From Squalus acanthias (lineage: Eukaryota), in NCBI GenBank assembly GCA_030390025.1, contig CM059438.1:65288001-65348000 (forward strand): DNA of 60,000 nt, given 5' to 3'. The position numbers were made by a program, and so were the translations under genes. Below are positions 21,923 through 34,829 of the stretch, in pieces. The notes beneath the pieces are model-generated. The model saw only the letters and a program-made list of their open reading frames with translations, had not been told where the DNA came from and searched no databases. The first letter of the stretch is position 1. Each line of letters starts with the position of its first letter.

Positions 21923-23186
21923 ATGTTTCCACGGGTGTGTCAAGGTTTCATTTGTATATATGAGTTAGAACTTTTCATTGTCAAGTAAGATGCATAATGC
22001 TTTTTCAGTAGCTATGGCAACGTGCTTACAGAGCAGAAGAATCTTATTGAAAGTGCCATTTTTTTTAGAAGTTCTCATCTCCTTTGATTTGTGTCCTTGC
22101 ATTGCCACCTTTCATTCATGTGTTTTTGAATTGTGAATGCTATTAATTGAGTTGAATCTGAAAGTATCAGGATGTATGCTGTAATCAGGAAGTAATAGTT
22201 TCTAGTTACATCAAGAATGTGCTGTCGTGTGTGATGTGAAAGGAAAGACAGTTCACACACTGATTGTGTGAAATGTTGCATCAATGGGCTGTTGGGAAAT
22301 GCTTTGTCATGTTAGAGTTCTAACACCTCCAAAATGAATTTGCTGGAAGTTATATGAAGTCTGCCAGTTTTTATTTGGAGGTTAAAATGCATACATTGGA
22401 GCTTTCACAAGCAGATCAGTGTTGGCGTGGAAAATGTCTGGGTTCAAGAGCCATGATTACAGAAGGATTTTGAAAGGTTTGCGCTATAAATAACTTTCCA
22501 AGTAAGACAGTGAGAAAAACCTTTCCTGCACCTGCAGCCCCACAACTCATTTCTCCAACTTCTTATTTGGCTCTCCTTCCAGAGCTTTCACCTGCAAGGC
22601 AGTAGAGGGAAATAAAGGGTTTTGGGAGCAGAGCAGGCACATGGGATTAGGATTACTGCTCGCATTGGAAGATAAACATCAGCATGGCCGAGAGGGCCGA
22701 ACAACCTGTTTCGCTGTTGTAATTTCAAGCTAATTCTATGTCAAGTCTCTTTTAAGTTTCATGTCTTCAGTTTCAGTCCCATCCAAGCTGACTGGGTTCC
22801 TTTCTGGATGTCCAAACTGTTCCATTCTACCTCTCCTAATCTTCTTGCTCACGCATGGTTGTTCAGTTCTCCATCTGATCTCAATCCTCACCAAATCATG
22901 CCACTTCGCCGCCGTTAGATTTCTTAGGAACCATCATGTCTCCCAACTGTCCAGTATTTTTTCTTCCGTACCAGTCAGAGCACAGGCAGGTGCATTATAG
23001 GTCAAGGTTAAGAGAATGACTACATTCAAGATTTTCATTTTGAATGAAATTTTAGGTCTATTCCATCTTTACACCTAACTAAGTGCTTCAGAACTATACC
23101 ATCTGATAAGACACTTCCAAGATAGAAGAAATTGTTGACTCTCTCTCTTGAATGCATGTTCCCTTAGCAGGATGTCACTGTTCACA

Positions 23187-23662
23187 GGTGTCAGCCATGG
23201 CTCAGTGGGTAGCACTCTTGTATCTAGAGTCAGAAGGTTGTGGGTTCAAGCCTCCTACTCCAGAGACTTGAGCACAAAAATCTAGGCTGACACTTCTGTG
23301 CAGTACTGAGGGAGCACTGCACTGTTAGAGGTGCCGTCTTTCTGGTGAGATGTTAAACCAAGGCCCCATCAGCCCTCTCCAGTGGATGTAAAAGTTCTCG
23401 TGGTGCTATTTTGAAGAAGAGCAGGGGTGTTCTCCCCAATGTCCTGGCCAACATTCATCCCTCAACCAACATCACTAAAAGCAGATTATCTAGTCATTAT
23501 CTCAGTGCTCTTTGTGGGAGCTTGCTGTGTGCAAATTGGCTGCTGTGTTTTCTACATTACAACAGTGTCTACACTTCAAAAAAAAGTACTTCATTGGCTG
23601 TAAAGCGCTTTGGGACGTCCCGAGGTCGTGAAAGGCGCTATATAAATACAAGTTCTTCTTTT
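23187..23662 (+). mobile_element. Full-length tRNA-derived Deu-domain SINE (SacSINE1-like)
   Basis: A-box TGGCTCAGTGGG, B-box GGGTTCAAGCC; central GATGTAAAAG...GAAGAGCAGGGG...TGTCCTGGCCAA domain; L2-like tail GCGCTATATAAAT. Confidence 0.9.
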
Positions 23663-24790
23663 AATTCATCAGTCCTTGGGATGGCCTTTATTTTATTTTT
23701 CCCCCAAGAGTGTTATGCAATTGCCCCCGCCAGTTGTAGCAGCCGCATATCTTACAGTTACTTGGGGGGTGCTATGAACTTTGACTTTGATCCAAAACTG
23801 GATAGCATTCAAGGCAGGAGATGCCTAACATTTGCCTGAACATATAGGAGACTCGAACCTATGCAGAAAACCTTGTTGTTATCAAAGAGATGAAGTTGAA
23901 GCTAGAACCATTAAAAAGAATGGTCTAAATTCAGCACAAGTAAAAAAAAATACTCCGCACTTGTGCCAAAAAAAATTTCTGGAACCCGGATTAACAATCA
24001 CTACAATGTAGAAAAATTGAAGCTACCACCCTCACTGACATGCCAATAGAGAACCCACATATAATTTGCTTCCATCACACATCCCATCCTGGAATCCACT
24101 GACACTTAAAAGCAACCCCAGCGTTAGGCTACACTTACTTTAACAGCCTTAACTACAGCCTGTGAAACTATACTGATGAAAACAGAAGAGTCAATGGGAC
24201 AGCTGGGGAAGACTTGATGGAGAAAACAAGAAGAAAATGGCAGAGTTAAGGACAGGAACATGGAAACCAATGACAAATTGTGAAGGCATCAGACACTCAG
24301 CTCGGACAACCCCACTGCCCTTTTCTCTCCCATTCTCACCACTTGGGGCGACTTGGTAGGTTGAATGCTTAGTAACGTGATAATGTAGAGAAGGTTTTAG
24401 ACTGGCTTCATTTACCTCATGTCATGTACTACAGCCACAGAAATATTCATGAATGAAAGAAACACCCCGATTTTTTTCGGTCAACTCGAAAAAAAACTTT
24501 GGTGGCATCTGTTATTAATTGTACACATGTTAAAGGGCTTTAGTCATGTAAGGACTTTTATACTGAGATCATTGAAACCAAAAACCCCAGTTGAAAAAAG
24601 CAACACCTACCTCTATAAAAAAAAAAAAATGTGCATCAATTACTGACTGTCCATTCTCATTGAAGACAACAAGCAGTGTCTTGGAACGTTTGGATCCAAA
24701 TTACAGTGCAGAGTTCAATTGTTCCTGAAGAGAATTTGAGCTCAGCCCTGCCTGCAGATGATTGTAAACTGGCAGTGTGGGTTACAGATG

Positions 24791-25238
24791 AAAGAAAAAG
24801 AAAGGAAGACTTGGATTTACATAACGTCTTTCACAGCCACCGGATGTCCCAATGAAGTATAGTGATTGTTGTAATGTAGGAAACGCAGTAGCCAATTTGC
24901 TCACAGCAAGCTCCCACAAACAGCAATGTGATAATGACCAGATGATCTGCTTTTGTGATGTTGATTGAGGGATAAGTATTGGCCAGGACACCGGGGATAA
25001 CTTCCCTGCTCTTCTTCTAAATAGTGCCATGGGATCTTTTATGTCCACCTGAGAGGGCAGACGGGGCCTCGGTCTAACGTTTCATCCGAAAGATGGCACC
25101 TCTGACAGTGCAGCACTCACTCAGCACTACACTGGAGTGTCAGCCTAGATTTTTGTGCTCAAGTCTCTGAGTGGGACTTGAACCCACAACCTTCTGACTC
25201 AGAGGCAAGGGTGCTACCAACTGAGCCACAGCTGACAC
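24791..25238 (-). mobile_element. Full-length Deu-domain SINE
   Basis: Reverse complement of 23187-23662. Confidence 0.92.
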
Positions 25239-25818
25239 ATCCAATGATGACACCTAATCATTCATGAAATCCTCAGGTTGTTATTTGTTACTGTTAATGA
25301 CTGGCCTATTAGTGATGATTACATTTTTCACAACAGTATGTGTTATGTTTGAATGCCTTCCTTCAGTGTTTTGCAGTGTAAAAGGCAAACACCTTTCAGC
25401 AGTGCAACTGAAGCCAAACTGAGTTCCAAATCTTACATCCTTGTGGTGCCTATATATAGCCAAACACGGCACTGACTATGTCATTACACAGCATTTGCCA
25501 TATTAATATATGGAGCAGTTGGGCAATGCATTAAGTCAAAATTGTTAAAGAGCAGTGTGCCTCAGGCAGACCTTTTAGCAGCACAATATCTAATACTGTA
25601 ATGCAACTGGTAACAATTTACCAAATTAATGTATATTGCACAAAAAAAATACTCACCATTTTTCTTTTTGACATGAATGGCCTGAGGGAACCTATTGTTG
25701 CAGCCTACCTACAGCATCATTCATAGCCCCTTTTATGTTACAGAACCCCTTAAAATAGAGTCACTTGTTCTATGCTCGAGTTATTGATCTGTGGGATTAA
25801 CTCCATTTGTATGTTATA

Positions 25819-26165
25819 GAAAGAAAGATTTGCATTTATATAGCTCCTTTCATGACCTCAGGCTGTCCCAAAGCACTTTACAGCCAATGAAGTACTTTTG
25901 AAGTGTAGTCACTGTTGTAATATAGGAAACAGGGCAGCCAGTTTGTACACAGCAAGGTCCCACAATCAGCAATATGATAATGACCAGATAATCTGTTTAA
26001 TGATGTTGGTTTAGGGATTAATATTGGCCAAGACACCGGGGATAACTCCCCTGCTCTTATTCCAATAGTGCTGTGGGATCTTTTCCGTCCACCCACGATA
26101 TCAGAAAGGCCTCGGTTTATCATCAGAAAGGCGCCACCTCTGACAGTGCAACGCTCCCTAACTGC
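25819..26165 (-). mobile_element. 5'-truncated Deu-domain SINE
   Basis: Aligns to the 3' two-thirds of the same family. Confidence 0.88.
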
Positions 26166-27799
26166 TGTCTCAGTTGAGCAAGTAGTAGCAGAATCTTCCA
26201 GCACTCTTAATTAGGGTGAAGGACAAAACTGTGTTACAAGGCAAACTGAAATGAATCCGGCATTCTCTGAATTCGACTGATATGTGCTGGTACATAGTGG
26301 CCCCACCATGCTGCATGGCTGAGACTCCCTCATTCTATTTTGTCATTAGATTCAAGGCTGATGTCTGAGACCGGGGGCCACTTGATGTGCAGAATGACCA
26401 CATGACACCATCATATTTCCTCGCAATGCCAAGGGGTAGTACAAGCGGAGAAATGATTGCAGTGCCCTGATTCGGTGGCATTACAGGACTTTATAAACAG
26501 AAATGTGATGGTAAACGTGTTCACTTACCTCCCAGGTAGGAATACTGAATATTGTGACACACAACATTTTAATTTGTGAACAGCAGTAAATTAATAATTC
26601 AATCAGATGTTAATTTAGGGTCTTCAAATTGTTGTCTCAAGCAGAGAGAATGAGTTACTTGGGTTGTTCTAATGAATCTGGCATCGCATATGGTGGTGGT
26701 AAAGCATGTAAAATGGGATACTGAGGGCAAAGGTGGCTCTTTTTTACCATGGCTGAACGATTTGCTTTGGTGACATATTCCTCAAGTCCCTAAGATATTT
26801 TCTTTGGAACTAAATTGACTATCAACTGTGGAAAGGCAAAAATAGGCCTGGATCTTGGCATCTCATAAAGCCAACAAAACAATCAGAATTCCAGGAATGA
26901 CATTGAATTGGATTTCAACCTACAAATGGATGCCTGAAAGAAAAGCAGAATACAAGGAATATTCTTCGGTTGGACTTGAATGGCAGTCTTTGTTCAGTGG
27001 CTCTGGCATCTGGGAGAGTCCACATACACTACCAGTGCATGCTATTGCTGGATCAATGTCCTTTATGTTTCCACAGATAAGTTATCTTCAGCTGGCTCCA
27101 CTGCATTCATTTCTAAACTAATAGCCAACTCAGTCAGGAAGACATCAAATGCTGTGGTGAGGAAGAACAAACTTAAATCACCAAAGGATGCAAGGACCAG
27201 AGTCCATATCGTGCTGCTGAGCAGCAAACAGACACAGGGCCTTCTCTGAGATACGCAGGTCAAGCGGAGGGACTACTTGAGCAGTCAGTGAGACAAGTCA
27301 GATGAGCAATATGGGTTGTGTTCATTTACTGCCAGGTTCAGTTTGCATATGAGCCTGGAAATCACTGTCGGCATTAGATGTAACATCTATGCTATGCTAC
27401 GGCTACAGAGCAAGAGCATGAGTAGGGTGTAGTGCACAGTTCTCACCTATTTACCACAGGCTGCCAAATTGCTGCACGGAGAAAGTGGCATTGGGGTGTC
27501 ATTGCACATTAAGGTAGTTAAGCTTATTAGTGCTAACACAGCAGGTAGTTAAGTGAAAGATGCACCATATGCCAAAGCTCAACAATTGAACCCGCGATGC
27601 TTTTCGAGCGCTCATACAAATGCAGTGTCACTGCAAAGACTGCATTCTGTTTGCTTGTTCTGACAGATGAGCTGCGACATACTTGAACTGGAAGCTAAAC
27701 TTTTTTGTATCCACTGGATATTGCATTCTGTGCTCCACTAGCAATTTAATTGCCAAAGGACCAACAAGTGTAGGATAGAGCTTTTTATGATCGGAGATG

Positions 27800-28253
27800 G
27801 CATGTAAGGTATCTCATCAGGTCCCACCATTATACAACAGAGTGGGACACAACTGCATGGACGTGATGGAAGAGGTATGTTTAGGAATGCTAAGGCTCAG
27901 AAGACGGGCTGTGGCATCTCCTTCGGGATGAGATATAGCACCATCAACCATCTGTACGGTCAGTGGCCCACAACGTCATCTGGGGCCCTGGAATTTTACG
28001 CGTCAGTCTCCTTCCAGCCTAGTACTGGGGACCTCTGCAATGTTTGCTAGTTTGATGTCCACAGATATATCAAGGCGCTTACAGATGTACTATTCAGCAG
28101 GACCAAGTGTGACTTTCAGCACTGATCACAGTGGCGGTAGAATGATTCAGGTCAGCTGTTTTTTTCAGACTCCAGGGGTCATTGATTTATTCAGAATTGC
28201 TGTTTGTAACCCTCTGTACAATTCTGTACCCAGTATGAAGCACAAGAGATTAT
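27800..28253 (+). pseudogene. Old degenerate Harbinger transposase, N-terminal half
   Basis: ALEFYASVSFQPSTGDLCNVC*FDVHRYIKALTDVLF and FRLQGVIDLFRIAV...KHKR align with ALNFFASGSFQ...QVTDALF and [15 protein letters not shown]...NRKG. Confidence 0.75.
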
Positions 28254-28390
28254 GGGCTAAAAATTGAGTAGCGCCCCATTTAGGGTGCTAACTTCACCCG
28301 GGTGCTACTTTTAGCGCCCCGGGAAAATTAGAGCCCCCACGCTAGATATTGAGTGGCTGCGCCCCAAGAGGAAAGCGGGGCACTACTGGA
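28254..28390. mobile_element. Isolated terminus of a second Harbinger-type family
   Basis: GGGCTAAAAATTGAGTAGCGCCCCATTTAGGG resembles the reverse complement of the right end of 37012-37904. Confidence 0.7.
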
Positions 28391-28392
28391 AG

Positions 28393-29281
28393 TGTATCAC
28401 AGCTCACAAGTGAGCATCAGCATATGGTGGAGACAGGGACAGCAGTGGAGAGTCCTCGTCAGAGGCCGGAGGGCGCTCACAGCTCTGGTCAGCTGCATGT
28501 GGACCCTGTGCCTCTGGGGCCATCCAGAAAGAGAGCGGTGCTGGAATTCCAGGAACAAGTGCAGGAGTCTCTGGCAGGTTTTGCATCCAGGGTTACTGCG
28601 AGTGTGGAGACGATGGAGGAGTCCATGTCTAACATGAGCAGTGCCTTTGTAGAGGCAATGGCGCATGAACGCACCACCACGGATAAGATGGCAACCTCCG
28701 TGGAAAGGATGGCTACGGTAGAGGAAAGGATGGCTACGGTCATGGAGGAGATAAGTCGCCAGAGTCAGGAAAACATGGTGAATGTTCAGAATAGATTGAC
28801 ATCTCTGGAGGAGCAATGGGCAGCTATTGAGCAGAGAAACCAGCGCTTCATGGAAGTCCTTTTGAGGAGGACTGCCAGTGCAGATACGGGTCCTCATGGC
28901 CCCCCTGATGTGCAGCAAGGTGCTGTCACGCCACTTGCTAGCACTGAAGTGGGGCTAACCCATGAGAGGGATGTTGGTGGCAGGCAACAAGGAAGTGGGG
29001 GCTCCTCTCCAAGTGCTCACACTCCCATGCCACTGCATAGCCCTCGGTCAGAGCCCCACCAGAGTCCTCACCCAACTGAGATGGGCATCTCAGCCCCTGC
29101 ACAAACATAGGAGGAGCAGACTGTTGCCGAGCCCTCAGAGGCTCGCAAACCCAGAGGACGCCTGCCAAAGGTGTCGAAGCAGGAGCAGCATGAAAGTGAG
29201 CAAGGTGCCTCCACATCTGCTGAAGCGACAGGGGAAGCACCACGTAGAAGCATGCATAAGAGGAAGATAATGCACAATTAG
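28393..29281 (+). pseudogene. Harbinger Myb partner gene exon 3 remnant, copy 3
   Basis: VSQLTSEHQ..SRKRAVLE.QEQVQESL..MEES homologous to 8035-8878; one internal TAG at 29108. Confidence 0.9.
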
Positions 29282-29553
29282 TCATAAGGGTAGTCACTTG
29301 GGTGTTCTGTTCTGTTTTTTGTTGTGTTTAATATTTTGCATTGTCATGCTTTTGTGCATGTATAAAACAAAAGTCATGGCAAACAGTTGAAGGTCAGGCC
29401 TCTGTGATCTGGGAAATGGAAGTTGCACATTAAGGGCTCAAGGCGACTTGCATTTGTAATGATGGTGGTGAGAGTGATAGGAACCCACAGGTTCTTGTAC
29501 ATTGTGTATGGTGTGATAAAAAGGTGCCAGCCACATGTGTTTGATTCGTCTAC

Positions 29554-30780
29554 CTAAGCGAATCTGGCAAAGATTAGTGCATCTCTTGCATCACGGGCAG
29601 CAATGTGCTCGCGTGCTGCTGGAGCAGGCTCCTCCGCCTCCACAAGGTCTTCCTCCTCCTCCTCCTCCTCATCCTCTTCCTTATCTAAGGAGGCTATGCG
29701 CTGAGCCACTTGTTCCTCAGGCAGCTGCAAGCCACGATGCTGTGCGATGTTGTGAAGTGCACAGCAGACCACAATGATTCTGGAGACCCTGGCTGCTGAG
29801 TACTGTAGGGCTCCACCTGATCTGTCAATGCATCTGAATTACATTTTGAGCAAGCCGATGGTTTGCTCGATGATGGCTGTGGTGGAAATGTGGCTGGCAT
29901 TGTAGCGCACCTTTGCTTCATTTGATGGCCTCCTCAACGGCGTCATTAGCCACGTCTTCAGGGGATAGCCCTTGTCTCCAAGTAGCCATCCAGAAAGCTG
30001 GGTTGGCAGATTGAAGAGCGGAGGCACACTAGACTGCCGCAGGATGAACGAGTCATGGCAACTGCCAGGGAACTTGGCGCAAACATGCATAATGTTCTTC
30101 CTGTGGTTACACACCAGCTGGACGTTAAGGGAGTGGAAGCCCTTGCGGTTGATAAATACAGCTGGGTTGTGATGGGGTGCTCTAATGGCGACATCTGTGC
30201 AGTCTACGATGCCCTGCACCCTTGGCAAGCCTGCCAACTTTGCAAAACCAACTGCACGCGCGGTTACACTTGCCTCATCCGTGGAGAAGTGGATGTAATT
30301 GTGCGCCTTTGCAAAGAGAGCATCGGTAACCTGCGTGATGCAATTGTGTGCAGCCGACTGGGAGATGTCGCTGATGTCTGCTGATGATCCCTGGAAGGAC
30401 CCTGAAGCAAAAGAATTGAGGGCGGTGGTGACTTTGACAGCCACTGGTAAGGAGTGTCCACCTGCTCCTCTGGGCTCCAGGTGTTGGTGCAGCATTATGT
30501 AGATGTCAACGACTACCTCTCGCGAAAGTCTCAGCCTCCTTTGGCACTGCTGCTCAGTCATGTTGAGGAAGCTCATCCTCAGCCTGTAAACCCTGTGGTG
30601 GGGGTATCTCCTGTGGCAACGTGCAGGCCTGCGCTGATGCCCTCTGCCCTGTGCAGCATCAGGTGGCTGAGGAGAAGGTTGGCGCACCTGTTGTTGCTGT
30701 TGGGCCTGGTTCTGCTGCTGCCACGACTGCTCTTCCTCCGAATCTAAGGACCAGGATGACAGGGTATAAATGGTTCCTAT
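29554..30780 (-). pseudogene. Harbinger DDE transposase, copy 3 (409 codons, no frameshift, start ATG>ATA, two nonsense codons)
   Basis: [54 protein letters not shown] motifs; ORFs 29839-30687 and 29554-29772 share a frame. Confidence 0.96.
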
Positions 30781-31321
30781 GCTGCTGGTAGATATGTCAG
30801 TTGAGGACTAGAAGTTTTAAGCGCTCACTCAATGTGGGGAAAGGGTTTTTCCAGGAGGTCACAGTGGAGATGGATCTCAGCTTCACCCCTTACAAGATCA
30901 GTAGACCTGCAAAAAGTGTTCCAAGACCTGAAAAAACAAAGTTCTGCCATCTGTAAGTGAGCCTCATTGAGAGCTCCGTTTTTATGCTGGAGCTGCTGCT
31001 GTCAAGAAGTCAGGCACTTGGTGAACCCGGCAAAATCAGCTGGCGTGGTTTGGGAACGGCGTGGAACACGCAGAAAATGTTATAAAATCGAAAACCGCTG
31101 GTAAAATAGGCTTATCCAGCCAGTTAACAAGCTGTTAACTGTCTTAAGGGCCTCTCCCACCGTTTGCTGGCGGGACCGATTGGGACTCCCACAGCCGGCA
31201 CTTGGGAAAATTGTTTGGAGATGCGTTGATGGCGGGATTGCAACCCGCCGTCAATCAAAAAGATTTTAACCTCTGACCCGCCTCCAAATCCGCCCTCTGA
31301 GTGCTGATAAAATCGCGGCCC

Positions 31322-31385
31322 TTAAATCGGTGCCCTCTCATTATCAACCCTTCAGCCGCTGGAAACAGTTTCTCTTTACTTACAT
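31322..31385 (-). mobile_element. Short CR1 ORF2 C-terminal fragment
   Basis: VSKEKLFPAAEGLIMRGHRFK matches CR1 LFP...TRGH.FK. Confidence 0.65.
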
Positions 31386-31593
31386 CACGGTCTGCTGTGC
31401 ACTTCACAACATCGCACAGCATCGTGGCTTGCAGCTGCCTGAGGAACAAATGGCTCAGCGCATAGCCTCCTCAGATGAGGAGGAGGAGGATGAGGAGGAG
31501 GAGGAGGAGGAGGAGGACCTTGCGGAGGCGGAGGAGCCTGCTCCAGCACCACGCGAGCACATTGCTGCCCATGATGCAAGGGATGCACTAATC
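31386..31593 (+). repeat. Inverted duplicate of the copy-3 transposase 3' end (29573-29772)
   Basis: VCCALHNIAQHRGLQLPEEQ.AQRIAS...ARDALI almost identical to the minus-strand copy. Confidence 0.93.
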
Positions 31594-32018
31594 ATCCAGG
31601 AGTCCAAAAAACAAGGTGAGACATCACAAGACAGCAGGTAGGTGATTGGTTGGTGAGTATTCAGGCTTTTTTTTTCTCTCTAACCTAGGACAGTGGTTTA
31701 AACTAGGAGCGGAAAACTATAACTTACTGTATTAAATATATAGCTTAACTAGTTAAACTAATTAATATAACTACAAATAATCATTGATTAAAGACTTTAA
31801 CTAATTAAATAAATAAAATAAGTCTAGACTTATTTGGGAGGAGGCAGTGGACCTGGGCGAGACCAGAGCGAGAGAGGCAGCAACTCAACAGAGGCAGAAT
31901 CCAAAAGAGTGACGTCGGCACAAGGGAAGGAGCTGAATGGTGAGTAGCTGGTGAGTGTTTTTTGTTAAGTTTTACATTTATTTCTGCTAAGTTAGTTCTT
32001 AGTCTATTAAATAAAGGA

Positions 32019-32968
32019 ATGGCAGGGCAGCTCAGCCCCGTGGAGTGCACATCCTGTGCCATGTGGGAAGTCCTGGACGCTTCGCGTAGCCTGGACGACC
32101 ACATGTGCGAGAAGTGTCGCCAGCTACAGCAACTCAAGCTCCGGGTTTCGGAGCTTGAGCGGTGGCTGGAGTCACTGCGGTGCATCCTCGAGGCTGAGAG
32201 TTACGTGGATAGCATGTTTCTGGAGCTGGTCAACCCGCAGCTTAAGAGTGTGCAGGCAGAGAAGGAATGGGTGACCACCAGACAGAAGAGGAGGACCAGG
32301 CAGGTAGTGCAGGAGTCCCCGGAGTGCAACACACTCTCCAACCAGTATTCTGTTCTGAGTACTTGTGAGGGCAATGGTTCCTCTGGGGAGTGCAGCCAGA
32401 GTCAAGTCCATGGCACCATGGGTGGCTCAGCTGCGCAGGGGGGGAGGAAAAAGAGTGGAAGAGCAATAGTGGTAGTGGATTCAAAGTTAGGGGAGCAGAC
32501 AGGCGTTTCTGCGGCCGTAGGCGTGACTCCAGGATGGTATGTTGTCTCCCTGGTGCCAGGGTGAAGGATATCACTGAGCGGCTGCAGGACATTCTGAGGG
32601 GGGAGGGTGAACAGCCAGAGGTCATTGTCCATATCGGTACCAACGACATAGGCAGAAAGAGGAATGAGGTCTTGCAGGCAGAGTTTAGGGAGCGAGGAGA
32701 GAAATTAAAAAGCAGTACCTCAAATGTAGTAATCTCTGGATTACTCCCGGTGCCACGTGCTAGTGAGTACAGGAATAGGAGGATAGAACAGATGAATGCG
32801 TGACTGGAGAGATGGTGCAGGAGGGAGGGCTTTAGATTCCTGAGGTATTGGGATCGTTTCTGGGGAAGGTGGGACCTGTACAAGCCGGACGGGTTACACC
32901 TCAACAGAGGCGGGACCAATATTCTCGCGGGGAGGTTTGTTAGTGCTGTTGGGGAGGGTTTAAACTAA
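32019..32968 (+). pseudogene. CR1 ORF1 (CxxC...CxxC zinc finger/leucine zipper + SGNH esterase-like domain)
   Basis: VECTSCAMW..HMCEKC..LRVSELE; DS..VRG, CLPGA, VHIGTND, DGLHLN; frameshift near 32485 and TGA near 32801. Confidence 0.9.
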
Positions 32969-33128
32969 CTTGGCAGGGGGATGGGTACCAGCAAAAAGGA
33001 GTAGAAAAGAGAATAAGGTGCATAAAAGGGTGAGTGTGTTGGATAGTACCAGAGAAGATAGTACTAGAGGCGGTAGTAGTACCATATTAGATAGGAGCAG
33101 ACTAAGAAAGACCTCGAAAAATTCAAAA

Positions 33129-34829
33129 ATGGGTTTGGAATGCATGTACGTAAACGCACGAAGTGTGGTGAATAAGGTTGGTGAGCTGCAAGCACAATTA
33201 GCTGTGTGACAATATGATGTTGTGGCAATAACGGAAATGTGGCTTAAAAACGGTGAGGGCTGGGCACTTAATATTCAAGGGTACAAGATGTTCAGAAAAG
33301 ATAGGGAAGGAAAAAAGGGAGGTGGGGTGGCAGTGCTAATTAAGGAAGACATTGTAGTGTTGGAAAGGGAAGATGTTCTTGAGGGGACAAGGACAGAATC
33401 CATTTGGTTAGAGTTGAGGAGCAAAAAGGGTATGATCACGCTAATGGGGGTATTCTATAAGCCTCCAAATAGTGAGAGGGAGGTAGAGGAGCAAATCTGC
33501 AGGGAAATTGCAGAGATATGCAAGAGCTATAAAGTGGTTATATTGGGGGACTTTAATTACCCAAATATCGATTGGGATAATGCTAGGGTAAAGGGAAAGG
33601 AGGGGGAGGAATTTCTGAAATGTGTTCAGGAGAATTTCCTTGACCAATATGTTCTTGGCCCAACTAGGAAGGAGGCATTGATGGATCTGGTGCTGGGGAA
33701 TGAGGTGAGCCAGGTCGACCAAGTGTCTGTGGGAGAACACTTGGGTACGAGTGATCATCGTATCATAAGATTTAGATTAGCAATGGAAAGGAGCAAGGAA
33801 CAATCTAGAGTGGAACTTCTAAACTGGAATAGGGCTAACTTCAATGGGATGCGAAAGGATCTAGTCAGGGTAAAATGGAGCCAAAGACTGACAGGAAAAA
33901 CTGTAATGGAACAACGGATGATCTTTAAGGAGGAGATGTTCCAACTGCAGGCTAGGTACATTCCAACAAGAGGGAAGGGTAAGGGAACCAAAGCAAGGGC
34001 TCCTTGGATGACGAGGGAGATAGAGAAGATGATGAAACAAAAAAAGAGGGTGTATGATGCATGTCAGGTGAATTCTTCAAGGGAGAACCAGACCAAATAC
34101 AATAAGTTGACAGGGGATGTAAAGATGAAAATCAGATTGGCAAAGAGAGAATATGAGAGTAGAATGGTGGTAAACATAAAAGGGAACCCAAAAATCTTCT
34201 ACCGGCATGTGAACAGTAAGCGGGTAGTAAGAGGCAGGGTGGGGCCTATTAGGGAGAAAGAAGGTGATATATGCTTAGATGCGCAGGGTAAGGCTAGAAT
34301 ACTCAATGAGTACTTTGTATCAGTGTTTACTAAGGAGGTGGATGCTGACAAAATATCGGTAGAAGTGGAAAAGGTAGAAGGAATGGAAGGGGTGAAAATT
34401 GATAGACAGGATGTACTAGAAAGGCTGGGTATGATTAGAGTGGACAAGTCGCCTGGTCCAGATGGCTTGCATCCCAGGTTGCTAAGGGAATTGGGGGAGG
34501 CGATAGTGGAAGGGCTTTCCATAATTTTCCAATCTTCCCTAGATACGGGGGAGGTGCCTGAGGATTGGAAAGTGGCAAATGTGACACCATTGTTCAAGAA
34601 AGGGTGTAAGGACAATCCTACTAACTACAGGCCGGTCAGTTTAACATCAGTGGTGGGTAAAGTTTTAGAAACAATAATCAAGGAAAAAATTAACGGGCAT
34701 TTGGAGAGATTTAAGCTAATTAAGGAAAGCCAACACAGGTTTGTAAAAGGAAGATCATGTTTGACTAATCTAATTGATTTTTTTGATGAAGTAACAGAGA
34801 GGATTGATGAAGGGAATGGAATGGATGTT
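33129..34829 (+). pseudogene. CR1 ORF2 5' part (APE-like endonuclease + RT N-terminus)
   Basis: YVNARS, AITE.WL, GGGVA, GDFN, DLVL, SDH endonuclease motifs; [16 protein letters not shown]; in-frame TGA at 33207. Confidence 0.95.

Larger units (their letters stand above)
28393..31321. mobile_element. PIF/Harbinger transposon copy 3 (left part deleted)
   Basis: Colinear with 8035-14853 after removing the CR1 insertions; ends AAAATCGCGGCCC followed by TTA. Confidence 0.92.

Noticed and set aside
23187..23270. tRNA genes (also near 1510, 25170, 52565, 56790)
   Set aside because: A/B boxes are SINE heads running into SINE bodies; no convincing cloverleaf
25657..25708. Possible minus-strand 52-nt exon (VGCNNRFPQAIHVKKKN) with a GTGAGT donor
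   Set aside because: Weak polypyrimidine tract, unrecognised peptide, no compatible neighbouring exons identified
32019..32968. Esterase as a captured host gene
   Set aside because: SGNH esterase domains are an established part of CR1-clade ORF1
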